Of a DNA stretch of 64,000 bases, positions 51,890-61,370 are shown piece after piece. The stretch's first letter is position 1. Every line of letters begins with the position of its first letter. A program made the position numbers and the translations under genes. Source of the stretch: an uncultured Candidatus Rokubacteria bacterium (GTDB lineage Bacteria; Methylomirabilota; Methylomirabilia; Rokubacteriales; DASRDR01); contig CAVPSB010000037.1 in assembly GCA_963708025.1 (NCBI GenBank), positions 10,200-74,199 of the forward strand, in the 5' to 3' direction. Under the pieces are notes generated by a model. The model made no database searches. It was not told the DNA's origin and saw only the letters and a list, made by a program, of their open reading frames with translations.

Positions 51890-54225
51890 GGCCGCGCCTC
51901 GAGGCGGGCCTCGCCGGCCGGCGACGCTTCCAGGGGAAGCCACACTCGGACCGTCGTGCCCCGTCCCGGGCCGGACTCGATCACGCTCCGTCCCCCCGCC
52001 AGCTCCACGCGCTCCTCCAGGCTCAGGAGGCCGAGGCTGGTGCCGCTCCGGGCCCGCCGATAGGCGGCCTCCACGTCGAAGCCCACCCCGTCGTCCCGAA
52101 TGACCAGCTCGAGCTCGCCGGCCCGACGTCGCAGCTCGACCCACAGTTGCGTGGCGCGGGCGTGGCGCATGACGTTGGTCACCGCCTCCTGGACGACCCG
52201 GAAGCACGTGATCGCGAGGTCGTCGGGCACCGCGCCCTCGGGGAGATCCGCCACGACGGCGCCGACCAGGCCGGCGCGTTCCCCCCGCACGCGAACGAGC
52301 CACTGGAGCGCGGGGATCAGTCCCAGATCGTCCAGGAGCGACGGCCGGAGGTCGAGCGACAGCTGGCGGACGTCCTGGAGGGTCCGGTCGACGATGCCCA
52401 GGGTCTCGTCGATGCGGGCTTCCGTCACACCGGGCGCCGGCGGAGGCTGCTTCAGCAACTGGAGGTTGATCTTGACCGCGGTCAGCGCCTGGCCCACCTC
52501 GTCGTGCAGCTCCCGCGCGATGCGCCGCCGCTCGGCTTCCTGCACCGCCAGCATGCGCGCCGACAGGGTCTGGAGCCGCTGGCGGGCCTCCCGGGTCTCG
52601 GCGAAGAGCTGGGCGTCGTGGATCGCCAGGGCCGCGTGGTCGGCGAGCTGCATCAGCACCGCCTCGTCCCGGTCGGTGAAGGGACGGCGGACCCGGTTGT
52701 CCACGTACAGCAGGCCCTCGACCCGCTCCTCGATGCGGATCGGTACCGCCAGCATGGCCACGATCTCCTCGGCCTCGACGCTCGGGAGGGCCTCCTTGCT
52801 GATCCGGGGATCGTGCAGCCAGTCGTCGGTCCGGAAGGGCTGCCCGGTGACCATGACCTGCCCGCCGACGCCCTGGCCGCGCTCCACGGGGACCGGTTCG
52901 TACCCGGGGTAGCGGGCGTTGACCCAGTACCGGAGCACCATCGCGCCGGACTTGGGGTCGCGGAGGGCGATCCGGGCCAGGTCGCTCGCGCACAGCTCGC
53001 GGGCCCCGTCCGCCACCTTCTGGAGGATCGCGTCGAGGCTCAGGGACCCGCTGACGGTCCGGGCGATGCGGGCGACCACCTCCGCTTCCCGCCGCTGCCG
53101 CTGGGCCTCCTCGAACGACTGCGCGTTCGCGAGGGCGATGGCCGCGTGGGCGGCGGCGGTCTCGAGCAGCCGCACCTCCTCGCCGGTGAACCGCCCGGGC
53201 TCCCCGCGCGCGGTGATGAGCGCGCCCAGGACCTGCTCCCGGGCGACGATCGGCACGGCCAGGACCGCCCGCTGGCCGGTGCTCTCGATGAACCGGCGAG
53301 TGGACGGCGACAGGTCGAAGGCCGGGTCGTTCAGGATGTCGACGGACCCCACGGGCCGCCGCTCGGCGATGGCGGTGGCGATGGCGCCGTCGCGCGGATG
53401 GCGGGGCTCGAACGCCAGGAACGTTGCCGGAATGCCCTTGAGGGACGCGAAGCGCCACAGGCCATGCGAGACGAGCGCCACCGCCACCGGCGCCCCGAGG
53501 AGGTCGGGGACCCGGGCGACGATCGTGTCGAGCACCTGTTGCGTGTCGAGCGAGGCGACCGACCGGGCCAGGTCGGCCAGACCCTCGGCCTCCCGGCGCC
53601 GCTGCCGGGCATCCTCGAAGAGCGTGGCGTTCCGCAGCGCCAGGGCCGCCTGGCCGGCGAAGCGCGCGAGCACGGCGTGGTCCTCGTCGCCGAACGGGGG
53701 CGCCTCGTCGCCACGCCGGCTCATCGAGATCACGCCGAGCAAGGCGTCGGCCACCCGGAGCGGCTGGACCATGACCCGGCGGACGCCGCGCGCCAGCGAT
53801 TCGGGCAGCGCGGCGGGCCAGCCCGCGTAGTCGTTCACGACCAGGCCTTCGCCCGTCCTCGCGCACCGGCCGGTCGCCCCGGCCCCCACGGCGATCGGTG
53901 AGTCCAGGACATCCTCCGACGTGCGGGCGGCGAGGACGGCGTGATCGCCGGCGAGGAGATAGATCGCTCCTTCGGCGCCGACGAGTTCACCGGCGCGGTC
54001 GGCGATCAGCCGCATCAGACGGTCGCGGTCCAGCTCGGCGAGGAGCTCGCGCTCCACGGCCGCCAGGGCTCGAACCACCTCCGGGACCGTCAGGGGAGGG
54101 TCCGGAGATCCGCGGTGTCGCGACGTGACCCCCGCCGGTCCCTCCCGTGGAGCCAGGTGGGCGCCGCAGGTGGGGCACGACACAACGTTTCTCGGGCTTT
54201 CCTGCCGGAACTCCGGGCACGTCAT
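51886..54225 (-). CDS. Multi-GAF HisKA_3 sensor histidine kinase
   Basis: ERRRIARELHDEVGQ, QEAVTNVMRHA, DDGVGF; three GAF-like repeats. Confidence 0.9.
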   Translation of the reverse strand: MTCPEFRQESPRNVVSCPTCGAHLAPREGPAGVTSRHRGSPDPPLTVPEVVRALAAVERELLAELDRDRLMRLIADRAGELVGAEGAIYLLAGDHAVLAARTSEDVLDSPIAVGAGATGRCARTGEGLVVNDYAGWPAALPESLARGVRRVMVQPLRVADALLGVISMSRRGDEAPPFGDEDHAVLARFAGQAALALRNATLFEDARQRRREAEGLADLARSVASLDTQQVLDTIVARVPDLLGAPVAVALVSHGLWRFASLKGIPATFLAFEPRHPRDGAIATAIAERRPVGSVDILNDPAFDLSPSTRRFIESTGQRAVLAVPIVAREQVLGALITARGEPGRFTGEEVRLLETAAAHAAIALANAQSFEEAQRQRREAEVVARIARTVSGSLSLDAILQKVADGARELCASDLARIALRDPKSGAMVLRYWVNARYPGYEPVPVERGQGVGGQVMVTGQPFRTDDWLHDPRISKEALPSVEAEEIVAMLAVPIRIEERVEGLLYVDNRVRRPFTDRDEAVLMQLADHAALAIHDAQLFAETREARQRLQTLSARMLAVQEAERRRIARELHDEVGQALTAVKINLQLLKQPPPAPGVTEARIDETLGIVDRTLQDVRQLSLDLRPSLLDDLGLIPALQWLVRVRGERAGLVGAVVADLPEGAVPDDLAITCFRVVQEAVTNVMRHARATQLWVELRRRAGELELVIRDDGVGFDVEAAYRRARSGTSLGLLSLEERVELAGGRSVIESGPGRGTTVRVWLPLEASPAGEARLEARP

Positions 54226-54404
54226 GCGGGCACTCAGTGTCCTGTGTACGGCGAGCTTAGCACCACCGGCCATTCCGTCAACGGCGGCCAACGGGCTTGA
54301 CGCGGCCTGCGCCACCGGTGCTTAATCTCCCCGTCGATGGAATCGCCGCGTCGTCTGATCCCGACGGTGGGAATTCCCTGATCGGTCGAGAGGAGGCGGG
54401 TTCG

Positions 54405-56006
54405 ATGCGCGCACGGTCGGTGAGGCGGGTAGCCCGCGCGGTGGTCGGCCTCGTGGTCGGGGTCCTCCTGGTCGCCGGCCTGAGCCCGGCGCCGCCGGCC
54501 TTCGCCCAGGGCAGCGGAGGGACGTTCTCGCTGCCGATCATCGACAACGCCCGGATGTGGCCGATCGTGGGCGGCCTGCCCAACATCCTCGTCAACAAGG
54601 CGCTCTACAGCACGCTGGTCCGGTACGACGCCCGGAACTGGACGCCGGTCGGTGACCTGGCCGAGCGCTGGTCGGTCGGCGACGACAAGCTGACCTGGAC
54701 GTTCACCCTGCGCCGCAACGTCACCTGGCACGACGGCCGGCCGTTCACCGCCCGCGACGTCAAGTTCACGATCGAGCGGCTCTGGCTGAACCCCCAGGTG
54801 CCGTTCTTCCAGCGGGCCAACATCCAGGACATCTCCCGGGTCGACGCCGTGGACGACCTCACCGTCCGCATCGTCACCAAGGTCCCCTTCGCAACGCTCC
54901 CGGTCATGCTGGGGTACCTGGCCAACATCCTGCCCGAGCACATCCTCGGCAGCTACACGGTCGAGCAGCTCCGCAACCCGGTCGACTTCCTGCGCAACCC
55001 CGTCGGCACCGGCCCGTTCCGCTTCGCCGAGGCCGTGCTCGGCTCCCACGTCCGGCTGGTCGCCTACGATCGCTACTTCCTGGGTCGCCCCAAGCTGGAC
55101 GCCGTCGTCTTCCGCGTCGTCGCCGACATCGAGCAGCAGCTGGCGCAGCTCCAGACCGGCCAGCTCGACCTCATGATCATCGAGCCGCACCAGGTGGCGG
55201 CGGTGCAGGGCATGCCCAACGTCCAGATCGTGGACGCGCCGCAGGTGAACTACACGTTCATCGGCTTCAACCACAAGGCCGAGCCCTTCGGCGACCGGAA
55301 GGTGCGCCAGGCGCTCGTCCACGCCGTCGACCGCAAGTCGATCCTCGACAAGATCTACCTCGGCCGGGGCAAGCCGGCGACCGGCCCCATCAACCCGCTG
55401 GTGTCGTGGGCCTACACCGACGCGGTGGAGCAGTTCCCGTACAACCCGGCCCTCGCCCAGAGGCTCCTCGACGAGGCCGGGTGGACGAAGGGCCCCGACG
55501 GGATCCGCCGGAAGGGCGGGCAGCCGCTCCGGTTCACGCTCGACTTCGACCGCGGCAACCCGGTCCGCGAGCAGACCGCCGTCGTCGCCCGGCAGCACTG
55601 GCGGGATGTGGGGGTCGACGTCGAGCTGCGCGTCAGCGAGTTCAATGCCATGCTGTCCCGGATCCGCACCCGGCCGAACGCCCTGCAGAGCTGGGTCCTG
55701 TGGTACATCACGCCGCCGGAGGCCGACCTGCTCGCCTACTACCACAGCCAGGGCACCCTCAACGAGTTCGGCTACGCCAATCCCGAGGTGGACCAGCTCC
55801 TGGAAAAGGGGCGCGCGACGTTCGACCAGAAGGAGCGCGCCCGCATCTACCAGCAGGCGCAGAAGCTGATCGCCGCCGACGCCCCGGTCGTCTTCTTCGT
55901 GTACCCGGCCGAGATCCAGGCCCTCAACAAGCGGATCCAGGGCTGGGTCCCGATGGGGTACCGGGACGCGCTGACGCACATGGGCGGGGTCTCCACGGCC
56001 CGCTGA
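54405..56006 (+). CDS. Peptide/nickel-type ABC substrate-binding protein (family 5)
   Basis: DLAERW, WHDGRPFTARDVKFT, PVGTGPF, VRQAL. Confidence 0.92.
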   Translation: MRARSVRRVARAVVGLVVGVLLVAGLSPAPPAFAQGSGGTFSLPIIDNARMWPIVGGLPNILVNKALYSTLVRYDARNWTPVGDLAERWSVGDDKLTWTFTLRRNVTWHDGRPFTARDVKFTIERLWLNPQVPFFQRANIQDISRVDAVDDLTVRIVTKVPFATLPVMLGYLANILPEHILGSYTVEQLRNPVDFLRNPVGTGPFRFAEAVLGSHVRLVAYDRYFLGRPKLDAVVFRVVADIEQQLAQLQTGQLDLMIIEPHQVAAVQGMPNVQIVDAPQVNYTFIGFNHKAEPFGDRKVRQALVHAVDRKSILDKIYLGRGKPATGPINPLVSWAYTDAVEQFPYNPALAQRLLDEAGWTKGPDGIRRKGGQPLRFTLDFDRGNPVREQTAVVARQHWRDVGVDVELRVSEFNAMLSRIRTRPNALQSWVLWYITPPEADLLAYYHSQGTLNEFGYANPEVDQLLEKGRATFDQKERARIYQQAQKLIAADAPVVFFVYPAEIQALNKRIQGWVPMGYRDALTHMGGVSTAR

Positions 56007-56010
56007 GGTG

Positions 56011-56090
56011 CTTCGGGGGGGTCTCGGAAGACCCCCCCGATTCCCCCCCTCGGAGGCCGCGGCGAAGCCGCGGCTCGGAGTGGAACGCCA
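56011..56090 (+). repeat. Post-stop stem-loop repeat
   Basis: CGGGGGGGTCT-CGGA-AGACCCCCCCG and GCCGCGGC-GAA-GCCGCGGC hairpins. Confidence 0.85.
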
Positions 56091-56159
56091 GGTCCGCGCG
56101 GCCTGGGCCGAGTGCGATGCGAGGAGCCAGCGGCCGGCGGAGTTCGCGCTCCGGCCGAC

Positions 56160-56236
56160 CGGCCCCCTCCCCCCCGGTGGGTGGGGGAGGGGGCCAAGGC
56201 CGAAGGCCCTCGAGGCGGGTGGGCGGGAGGTCTCGA
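56160..56236 (+). repeat. Palindromic repeat family copy
   Basis: GGCCCCCTCCCCC...GGGGGAGGGGGCC, GGCCGAAGGCC, GGGTGGGCGGGAGG. Confidence 0.8.
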
Positions 56237-56239
56237 CCA

Positions 56240-57187
56240 GTGGCCGGTATCTGGTCCGCCGGCTGCTCCAGACCGTCGTGCTGCTCCTGGTGGTGAGCCT
56301 GGTCGTGTTCGCGCTCGTCACCCAGGCGCCCGGCGGCCCGGCGATCCTCCTGGACCGCAACATGGGCCCGGCCGAGATCGAGGCGATGCGCGCCATCCTG
56401 GGCCTCGACCAGCCGCTGTCCGTGCAGTACGTCCGCTGGCTGGCCCAGGTGCTCCGCGGCAACCTGGGGGTGTCCTACCAGGCCGGCATCCCCGTGCTGG
56501 AGATCATCGGGCAGATGCTGCCCAACACGCTCCTCCTGTCGGCCGCCGCGCTGGCGCTGTCGCTGATCGTCGCGATCCCGGCCGGCGTGATCTCGGCGGC
56601 GCGACCCTACTCGGTGACCGACAACGCCCTGACGTTCCTGGCTCTGTTCGGCATCTCGGTGCCGACGTTCTGGTACGGGCTCATGCTGATCGTCCTGTTC
56701 TCCATCGCGCTCGGCTGGCTCCCGCCGGGCGGCATGCAGACCATCGGCGCGCCGCCGTCGCTGGTGGACCTGGCCCGCCACCTGGTCCTGCCCGCGGTCG
56801 TCCTCGGCACCGCCAACATGGCGCTCTTCGCCCGCTACACGCGCTCGTCCACGCTGGCGGTGCTCCGGGAGGACTACGTCCGCACCGCCCGCGCCAAGGG
56901 CCTGGGCGAGGGCGCGGTGATCGGCCGGCACGCGCTGCGCAACGCCCTGCTGACCATCGTGACCGTGGTCGGCGTCCAGGTGCCGCGCCTGCTGGGCGGC
57001 GCCGCGATCACCGAGACCGTCTTCGCCTGGCCGGGGATGGGGAGCCTGGCCGTGCGGGCGGCGTTCGAGCGCGACTACCCGATGATCATGGGCATCACGC
57101 TGGTCGATCTCGACGGTGGTCGCGGCCAGCAGCCTGCTGGTGGACCTCCTCTACGTGTGCATCGATCCGCGCGTCCATGCCGAGTAG
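56240..57187 (+). CDS. Peptide ABC permease (DppB/OppB-like); indels at the start and near 57105
   Basis: RYLVRRLLQ, EDYVRTARAKGL, ETVFAWPG, IDPR. Confidence 0.88.
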
Positions 57188-58049
57188 CGGGCCGGGCGGG
57201 CGCCGGACGGGGATCGAGGCCGGCCGGGCCGTGGCCCGGTTCCGGCGGAACCGGCTGGCCGTGGTCGCCCTGGTCGTCCTCGGCGCGGTGCACCTGCTGG
57301 CGGCCGTGGCGCCGTGGATCGCGCCGTACGGCCCCGAGGCCGTGGAGCTGGTCAAGCGGCTGCAGCCGCCGAGCCGCGCGCACTGGCTGGGCACCGACGA
57401 GTACGGCCGCGACGTCCTGACCCGGCTGCTCTATGGCGGGCAGGTGTCGCTGGCCGTCGCCCTGGCCTCGATGGCCACGTCGATCGCGATCGGCGTGGCG
57501 GTGGGAGCCGTCGCCGGCTACGTCGGCGGGCTGACCGACGCCGTGCTGATGCGCATCACCGACGGGATGCTGGCCGTCCCCCTCTTCTTCATCGCCCTGC
57601 TGGCGCTCGCCATGCTGGGGACCACCATGCTGAACCTGGTGGCCGTCATCGCGCTGTCCTCGTGGATGACGGTGGCCCGGGCGGTGCGGGCCGAGGCGCT
57701 GCGGACGCGCGAGCTGGAGTTCGTCCTGGCGGCCCGGGCGGTCGGGGGCGGCCGCCTGCGCATCCTGGCCCGCCACGTGGTGCCGCAGTCGATCCCCTCG
57801 ATCACGGTGGCGGCCACCATCGGCGTGGCGTTCGCGGTGCTCCTGGAGTCGTCGCTGTCCTTCCTGGGCCTCGGCGTCCAGCCGCCGGCCGCCTCGTGGG
57901 GCAACATGCTCAGCGGCGCCCGCGGCTACCTCCGGACGGTGCCGGGGCTGGCGGTGTTCCCCGGGGTCCTGATCTTCGTCACGGTGCTCTGCTACAACTG
58001 GTTCGGCGACGGCCTCCGCGACGCGATCGACCCCACGCAGTCGCGCTAG
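57177..58049 (+). CDS. Peptide ABC permease (DppC/OppC-like)
   Basis: HWLGTDEYGRD, ESSLSFLGLG, GDGLRDAIDP. Confidence 0.92.
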   Translation: MPSSGPGGRRTGIEAGRAVARFRRNRLAVVALVVLGAVHLLAAVAPWIAPYGPEAVELVKRLQPPSRAHWLGTDEYGRDVLTRLLYGGQVSLAVALASMATSIAIGVAVGAVAGYVGGLTDAVLMRITDGMLAVPLFFIALLALAMLGTTMLNLVAVIALSSWMTVARAVRAEALRTRELEFVLAARAVGGGRLRILARHVVPQSIPSITVAATIGVAFAVLLESSLSFLGLGVQPPAASWGNMLSGARGYLRTVPGLAVFPGVLIFVTVLCYNWFGDGLRDAIDPTQSR

Positions 58050-58065
58050 CCCCGCCGGCCGCGGC

Positions 58066-58095
58066 TTGACAGGGCCCGGCGGCGCCGCCTAGGGT
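58066..58095 (+). promoter_or_regulatory. Sigma70-type promoter
   Basis: TTGACA-18 bp-TAGGGT. Confidence 0.6.
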
Positions 58096-58135
58096 GAGGC
58101 ACCCCGACCGACGCTCCGCCGCGAGGAGGACCGCG

Positions 58136-59146
58136 ATGGACAGACGATGGCTCACCCCGCTCGTCGCGCTCGCGCTCGGCGCCGCGGCCCTGGGGCCGCA
58201 TCCGGTCCCGGCCGCCGCCCAGGTCAAGCTGAAGTTCGGCATGCCGACCACGCCGCCGAACCTCGTGCACCTCACGCCCTGGGTGGCCAGGGAGCAGGGC
58301 TTCTTCGCCGAGGAAGGCCTCGACGTCGAGCTGGTCACCTTCGAGGGAGGCGTCTACGTGATCCGCAACGTCGTCAGCGGCGCCCTCGACGCCGGCTCGG
58401 GCGTCGGAGCGTCGGTCGCCGTCTCGGTCGCCCGCAAGGCCGGCATCAAGGCGATCTACGGCATGGCGCCGCGGTTCGCCTCCACCATGACGGTGCGCTC
58501 GGACGTGAAGACGCCCCAGGACCTCAAGGGCAAGCGGCTCGGCGTCCAGGAGGTCGGCGGGTTCGCCGACGTGCTGAGCCGGATGGTGCTGCGCCAGGCC
58601 GGGATCAAGCCCGAGGAGGTGACGTTCGTCCCCATCGCGTCGGCCGACGTGCCGCCCCTGCTGGCCGGCGCCATCGACACCGCCATCCTCCACATCGACC
58701 AGATGATCACCGCCCGCCGGAAGGACCCGTCGCTGCACCCGCTCGTCCGGTTCTGGGAGCTCGAGCCGAACCAGCTCTTCCTGACCGTGGTGGCGCAGCA
58801 GAAGCGGCTCCAGGCCGAGCCGGCCCGCTTCCAGGCGCTGGTCCGGGCGCTGGCCCGGGCCAACCGCTTCATGTACGCGAACCGCGCGCGGACGGTCGAG
58901 GTCGCGGTCCAGCACGCCAAGCTCCCGCGCGACATCGCCGAGGAGGCGTACGACGAGCTGGTCCGCGGCCGGGTGTGGGCGCAGAACGACGGCCTGCCGC
59001 GGGAGAAGGTGGAGTACACCATCGACCGCATGGTGCGGGTCGGCAACCTCAAGCCCGAGGAGCGGCCGACCTACGAGGACTACGTCGCGCTCCCGATCCT
59101 CCAGGAGGCGTTCAGGACGCTGCCGCGCGTGCCCGACTTCGACTGA
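58136..59146 (+). CDS. NitT/TauT-type ABC substrate-binding protein
   Basis: Signal peptide; GFFAEEGLDVE, DLKGKRLGV. Confidence 0.88.
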   Translation: MDRRWLTPLVALALGAAALGPHPVPAAAQVKLKFGMPTTPPNLVHLTPWVAREQGFFAEEGLDVELVTFEGGVYVIRNVVSGALDAGSGVGASVAVSVARKAGIKAIYGMAPRFASTMTVRSDVKTPQDLKGKRLGVQEVGGFADVLSRMVLRQAGIKPEEVTFVPIASADVPPLLAGAIDTAILHIDQMITARRKDPSLHPLVRFWELEPNQLFLTVVAQQKRLQAEPARFQALVRALARANRFMYANRARTVEVAVQHAKLPRDIAEEAYDELVRGRVWAQNDGLPREKVEYTIDRMVRVGNLKPEERPTYEDYVALPILQEAFRTLPRVPDFD

Positions 59147-59165
59147 CGGCGGCACGGAGGCGGCC

Positions 59166-59948
59166 ATCGCGGCCAAGATCGTCGTCCGCCACCTCACCAA
59201 GCGCTTCGCCGACGTCGGCGTCGTCGCCTTCGAGGACCTGTCCTTCGACGCCGAGGAGGGCGAGGTCCTCTGCATCCTGGGACCCTCGGGCTGCGGAAAG
59301 ACGACGCTCCTGCGCGTGCTCGACGGCCTGGTGGAGGCCGACGCCGGCGAGGTGGCCATCGACGGCCGGCGGGTGCGCGGCCCGTCGCGGGACGTGGCCA
59401 TGGTGTTCCAGCACTTCGGCCTGTTCCCCTGGAAGCGCCTCGACCAGAACATCGGCTACGCGCTCCGGCTCCACGGGCGGCCGCGCGCCGAGATCGAGCA
59501 GGCCGTCGCCCACTACGCGCGCCTGGTCGGCCTCGACGGGTTCGAGCGCTTCTTCCCGTACCAGCTCTCGGGGGGCATGCAGCAGCGGGCCGGGCTGGCC
59601 CGCGCCCTCGCCGCGAACCCGTCGGTCCTCCTGATGGACGAGCCCTTCGGGGCGCTCGACGCCCAGACCCGCGAGACGCTCCAGGAGGAGCTGCTCGGCA
59701 TCCTCGAGCGGGAGCCGAAGACGGTGCTCTTCGTCACCCACTCGGTGGACGAGGCGATCGTGCTGGGCGACCGCATCCTCCTCCTGACCGGACGCCCGGG
59801 GCGGCTGCACGAGACCCTCCGGGTGGAGATCCCGCGCCCGCGCGACCCCGTCCGGGTGCGCGGCCACGAGCACGCCCTCGAGCTCCGGCAGCACATCTGG
59901 GCCGAGCTGCGCCGCACCGCCGGACCCCGACGGGGAGCGCCCCGGTGA
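59166..59948 (+). CDS. NitT/TauT-type ABC ATP-binding protein (apparent ATC start)
   Basis: GPSGCGKTT lies upstream of and in frame with ORF 59316; LSGGMQQR; GGAGG before ATC 59166. Confidence 0.88.
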   Translation: MAAKIVVRHLTKRFADVGVVAFEDLSFDAEEGEVLCILGPSGCGKTTLLRVLDGLVEADAGEVAIDGRRVRGPSRDVAMVFQHFGLFPWKRLDQNIGYALRLHGRPRAEIEQAVAHYARLVGLDGFERFFPYQLSGGMQQRAGLARALAANPSVLLMDEPFGALDAQTRETLQEELLGILEREPKTVLFVTHSVDEAIVLGDRILLLTGRPGRLHETLRVEIPRPRDPVRVRGHEHALELRQHIWAELRRTAGPRRGAPR

Positions 59949-60715
59949 GCCTGCGCCGCCGCGCCCTCGCCGTCCGGCTCGTCTCCCTGGCCGTCGTCCT
60001 CACGGCCTGGGAGCTCTACGGCCGCTCGGTGAACCCCATCCTCTTCACCTATCCGGCGGCCATCGCGGCGGCCGGGTGGGAGCTCGTGCAGACCGGCGAG
60101 CTCTTCGCCTACCTCGGCCAGAGCCTCCAGGTGCTGCTGATCGCGCTCCTGCTCTCGGCCGGCGTCGGGGTGCCCCTCGGCGTGCTGGTGGCCCGCTTCA
60201 CCACGGTGGAGCTCGCCACCGATCTCTACATCAACGCCCTCTACGCCACGCCGATGGTCGCGCTGGTGCCGCTCATCGTCCTCTGGTTCGGCTACGGCCT
60301 CCCGGCCAAGGTCGTCATCGTCTTCCTGTTCATGGTCTTCCCCCTGCTCATCAACACCCAGCAGGGGGTCAAGAACGTTGACCGCGCGCTGCTCGAGGTG
60401 GCGCGCTCCTTCTGCTCCACCGAGCGCCAGCTCTGGGGCGACGTCGTCCTGCCCTCCGCGCTGCCCTTCATCGCCGCCGGGGTGCGCCTGGCCATCGGCC
60501 GCGGGCTGGTGGGGATGGTCGTCGCCGAGTTCTACACGTCCATCGCGGGGCTGGGGTACATGATCGTCCGGTACGCCAACGCCTTCGAGACCGCCAAGCT
60601 CTTCGTGCCCATCGTGGTCCTCATGGTGATGGGCGTCGCCCTCGTCCAGGGCGCCCGCGCCCTCGAGTTGCGCCTCGCGCCCTGGCAGCGGCGGGGGGGC
60701 GGGGGCGAGCGCTGA
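59945..60715 (+). CDS. NitT/TauT-type ABC permease
   Basis: PMVALVPLIVLWFG, VVAEF..GLGY. Confidence 0.9.
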   Translation: MSLRRRALAVRLVSLAVVLTAWELYGRSVNPILFTYPAAIAAAGWELVQTGELFAYLGQSLQVLLIALLLSAGVGVPLGVLVARFTTVELATDLYINALYATPMVALVPLIVLWFGYGLPAKVVIVFLFMVFPLLINTQQGVKNVDRALLEVARSFCSTERQLWGDVVLPSALPFIAAGVRLAIGRGLVGMVVAEFYTSIAGLGYMIVRYANAFETAKLFVPIVVLMVMGVALVQGARALELRLAPWQRRGGGGER

Positions 60716-60965
60716 AGGATATCGGGGGTCTCGGCAGGGCAGGAAAGCGCCGCCGCGTCATCTCGGGAAGATCGTTCTCCAATCGTCCTTCAAGCTTCGG
60801 AACCCGGCTCAACACCGGCGACGCGGGGGTGGGCCGATGGCATCCATGTTACAGTCGTCTCGGGCGATCGGGGTCCTCGGAGACGCGTCCGAGCCAAACG
60901 AGAGGTGAACAGTGCTGACTGACAGCTGCCCCGCGGGCGGGCTTTAGCGGTCTCGGTCTCCGCCG

Positions 60966-61349
60966 ATGGAAGAACGCGAGTTTCTTGTCCGGATCCAGGA
61001 GCTGGGAGGCCTGCCGAGCCGAGAGGAGGCGGACCGGTGGGCGATGACGGTGCTTCTCGCCCTGATCCATCTCTTGCCGGACCGCCACAAGCGACGGCGG
61101 TTGATCACTCAGCTTCCCGGCACCGTCAAGGCGCGGCTCCGGGACGAGGCACCCGGTGCGGTTCTCATGGATCTGGATACCTTCCTGCAGCATGTCGCCG
61201 CAGGTCTCGGCACGCATGCGTCGGAGGGCGCACGCGCCGTCCGCATCGTGTACAGCGCGCTGCGGGAAGCCGTGTCTCCAGGTGAGTTGGTCAAGGTCGA
61301 GGCCCACCTCCCGAAGGACGTCGTTGGCTTCTTGACGCCCACCGCGTGA
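60966..61349 (+). CDS. DUF2267-like hypothetical protein
   Basis: EFLVRIQELGGL..REEA; LREAVSPGELVKVEAHLPKD. Confidence 0.7.
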   Translation: MEEREFLVRIQELGGLPSREEADRWAMTVLLALIHLLPDRHKRRRLITQLPGTVKARLRDEAPGAVLMDLDTFLQHVAAGLGTHASEGARAVRIVYSALREAVSPGELVKVEAHLPKDVVGFLTPTA

Positions 61350-61370
61350 GCCGCACGCATCTTGGCCATG

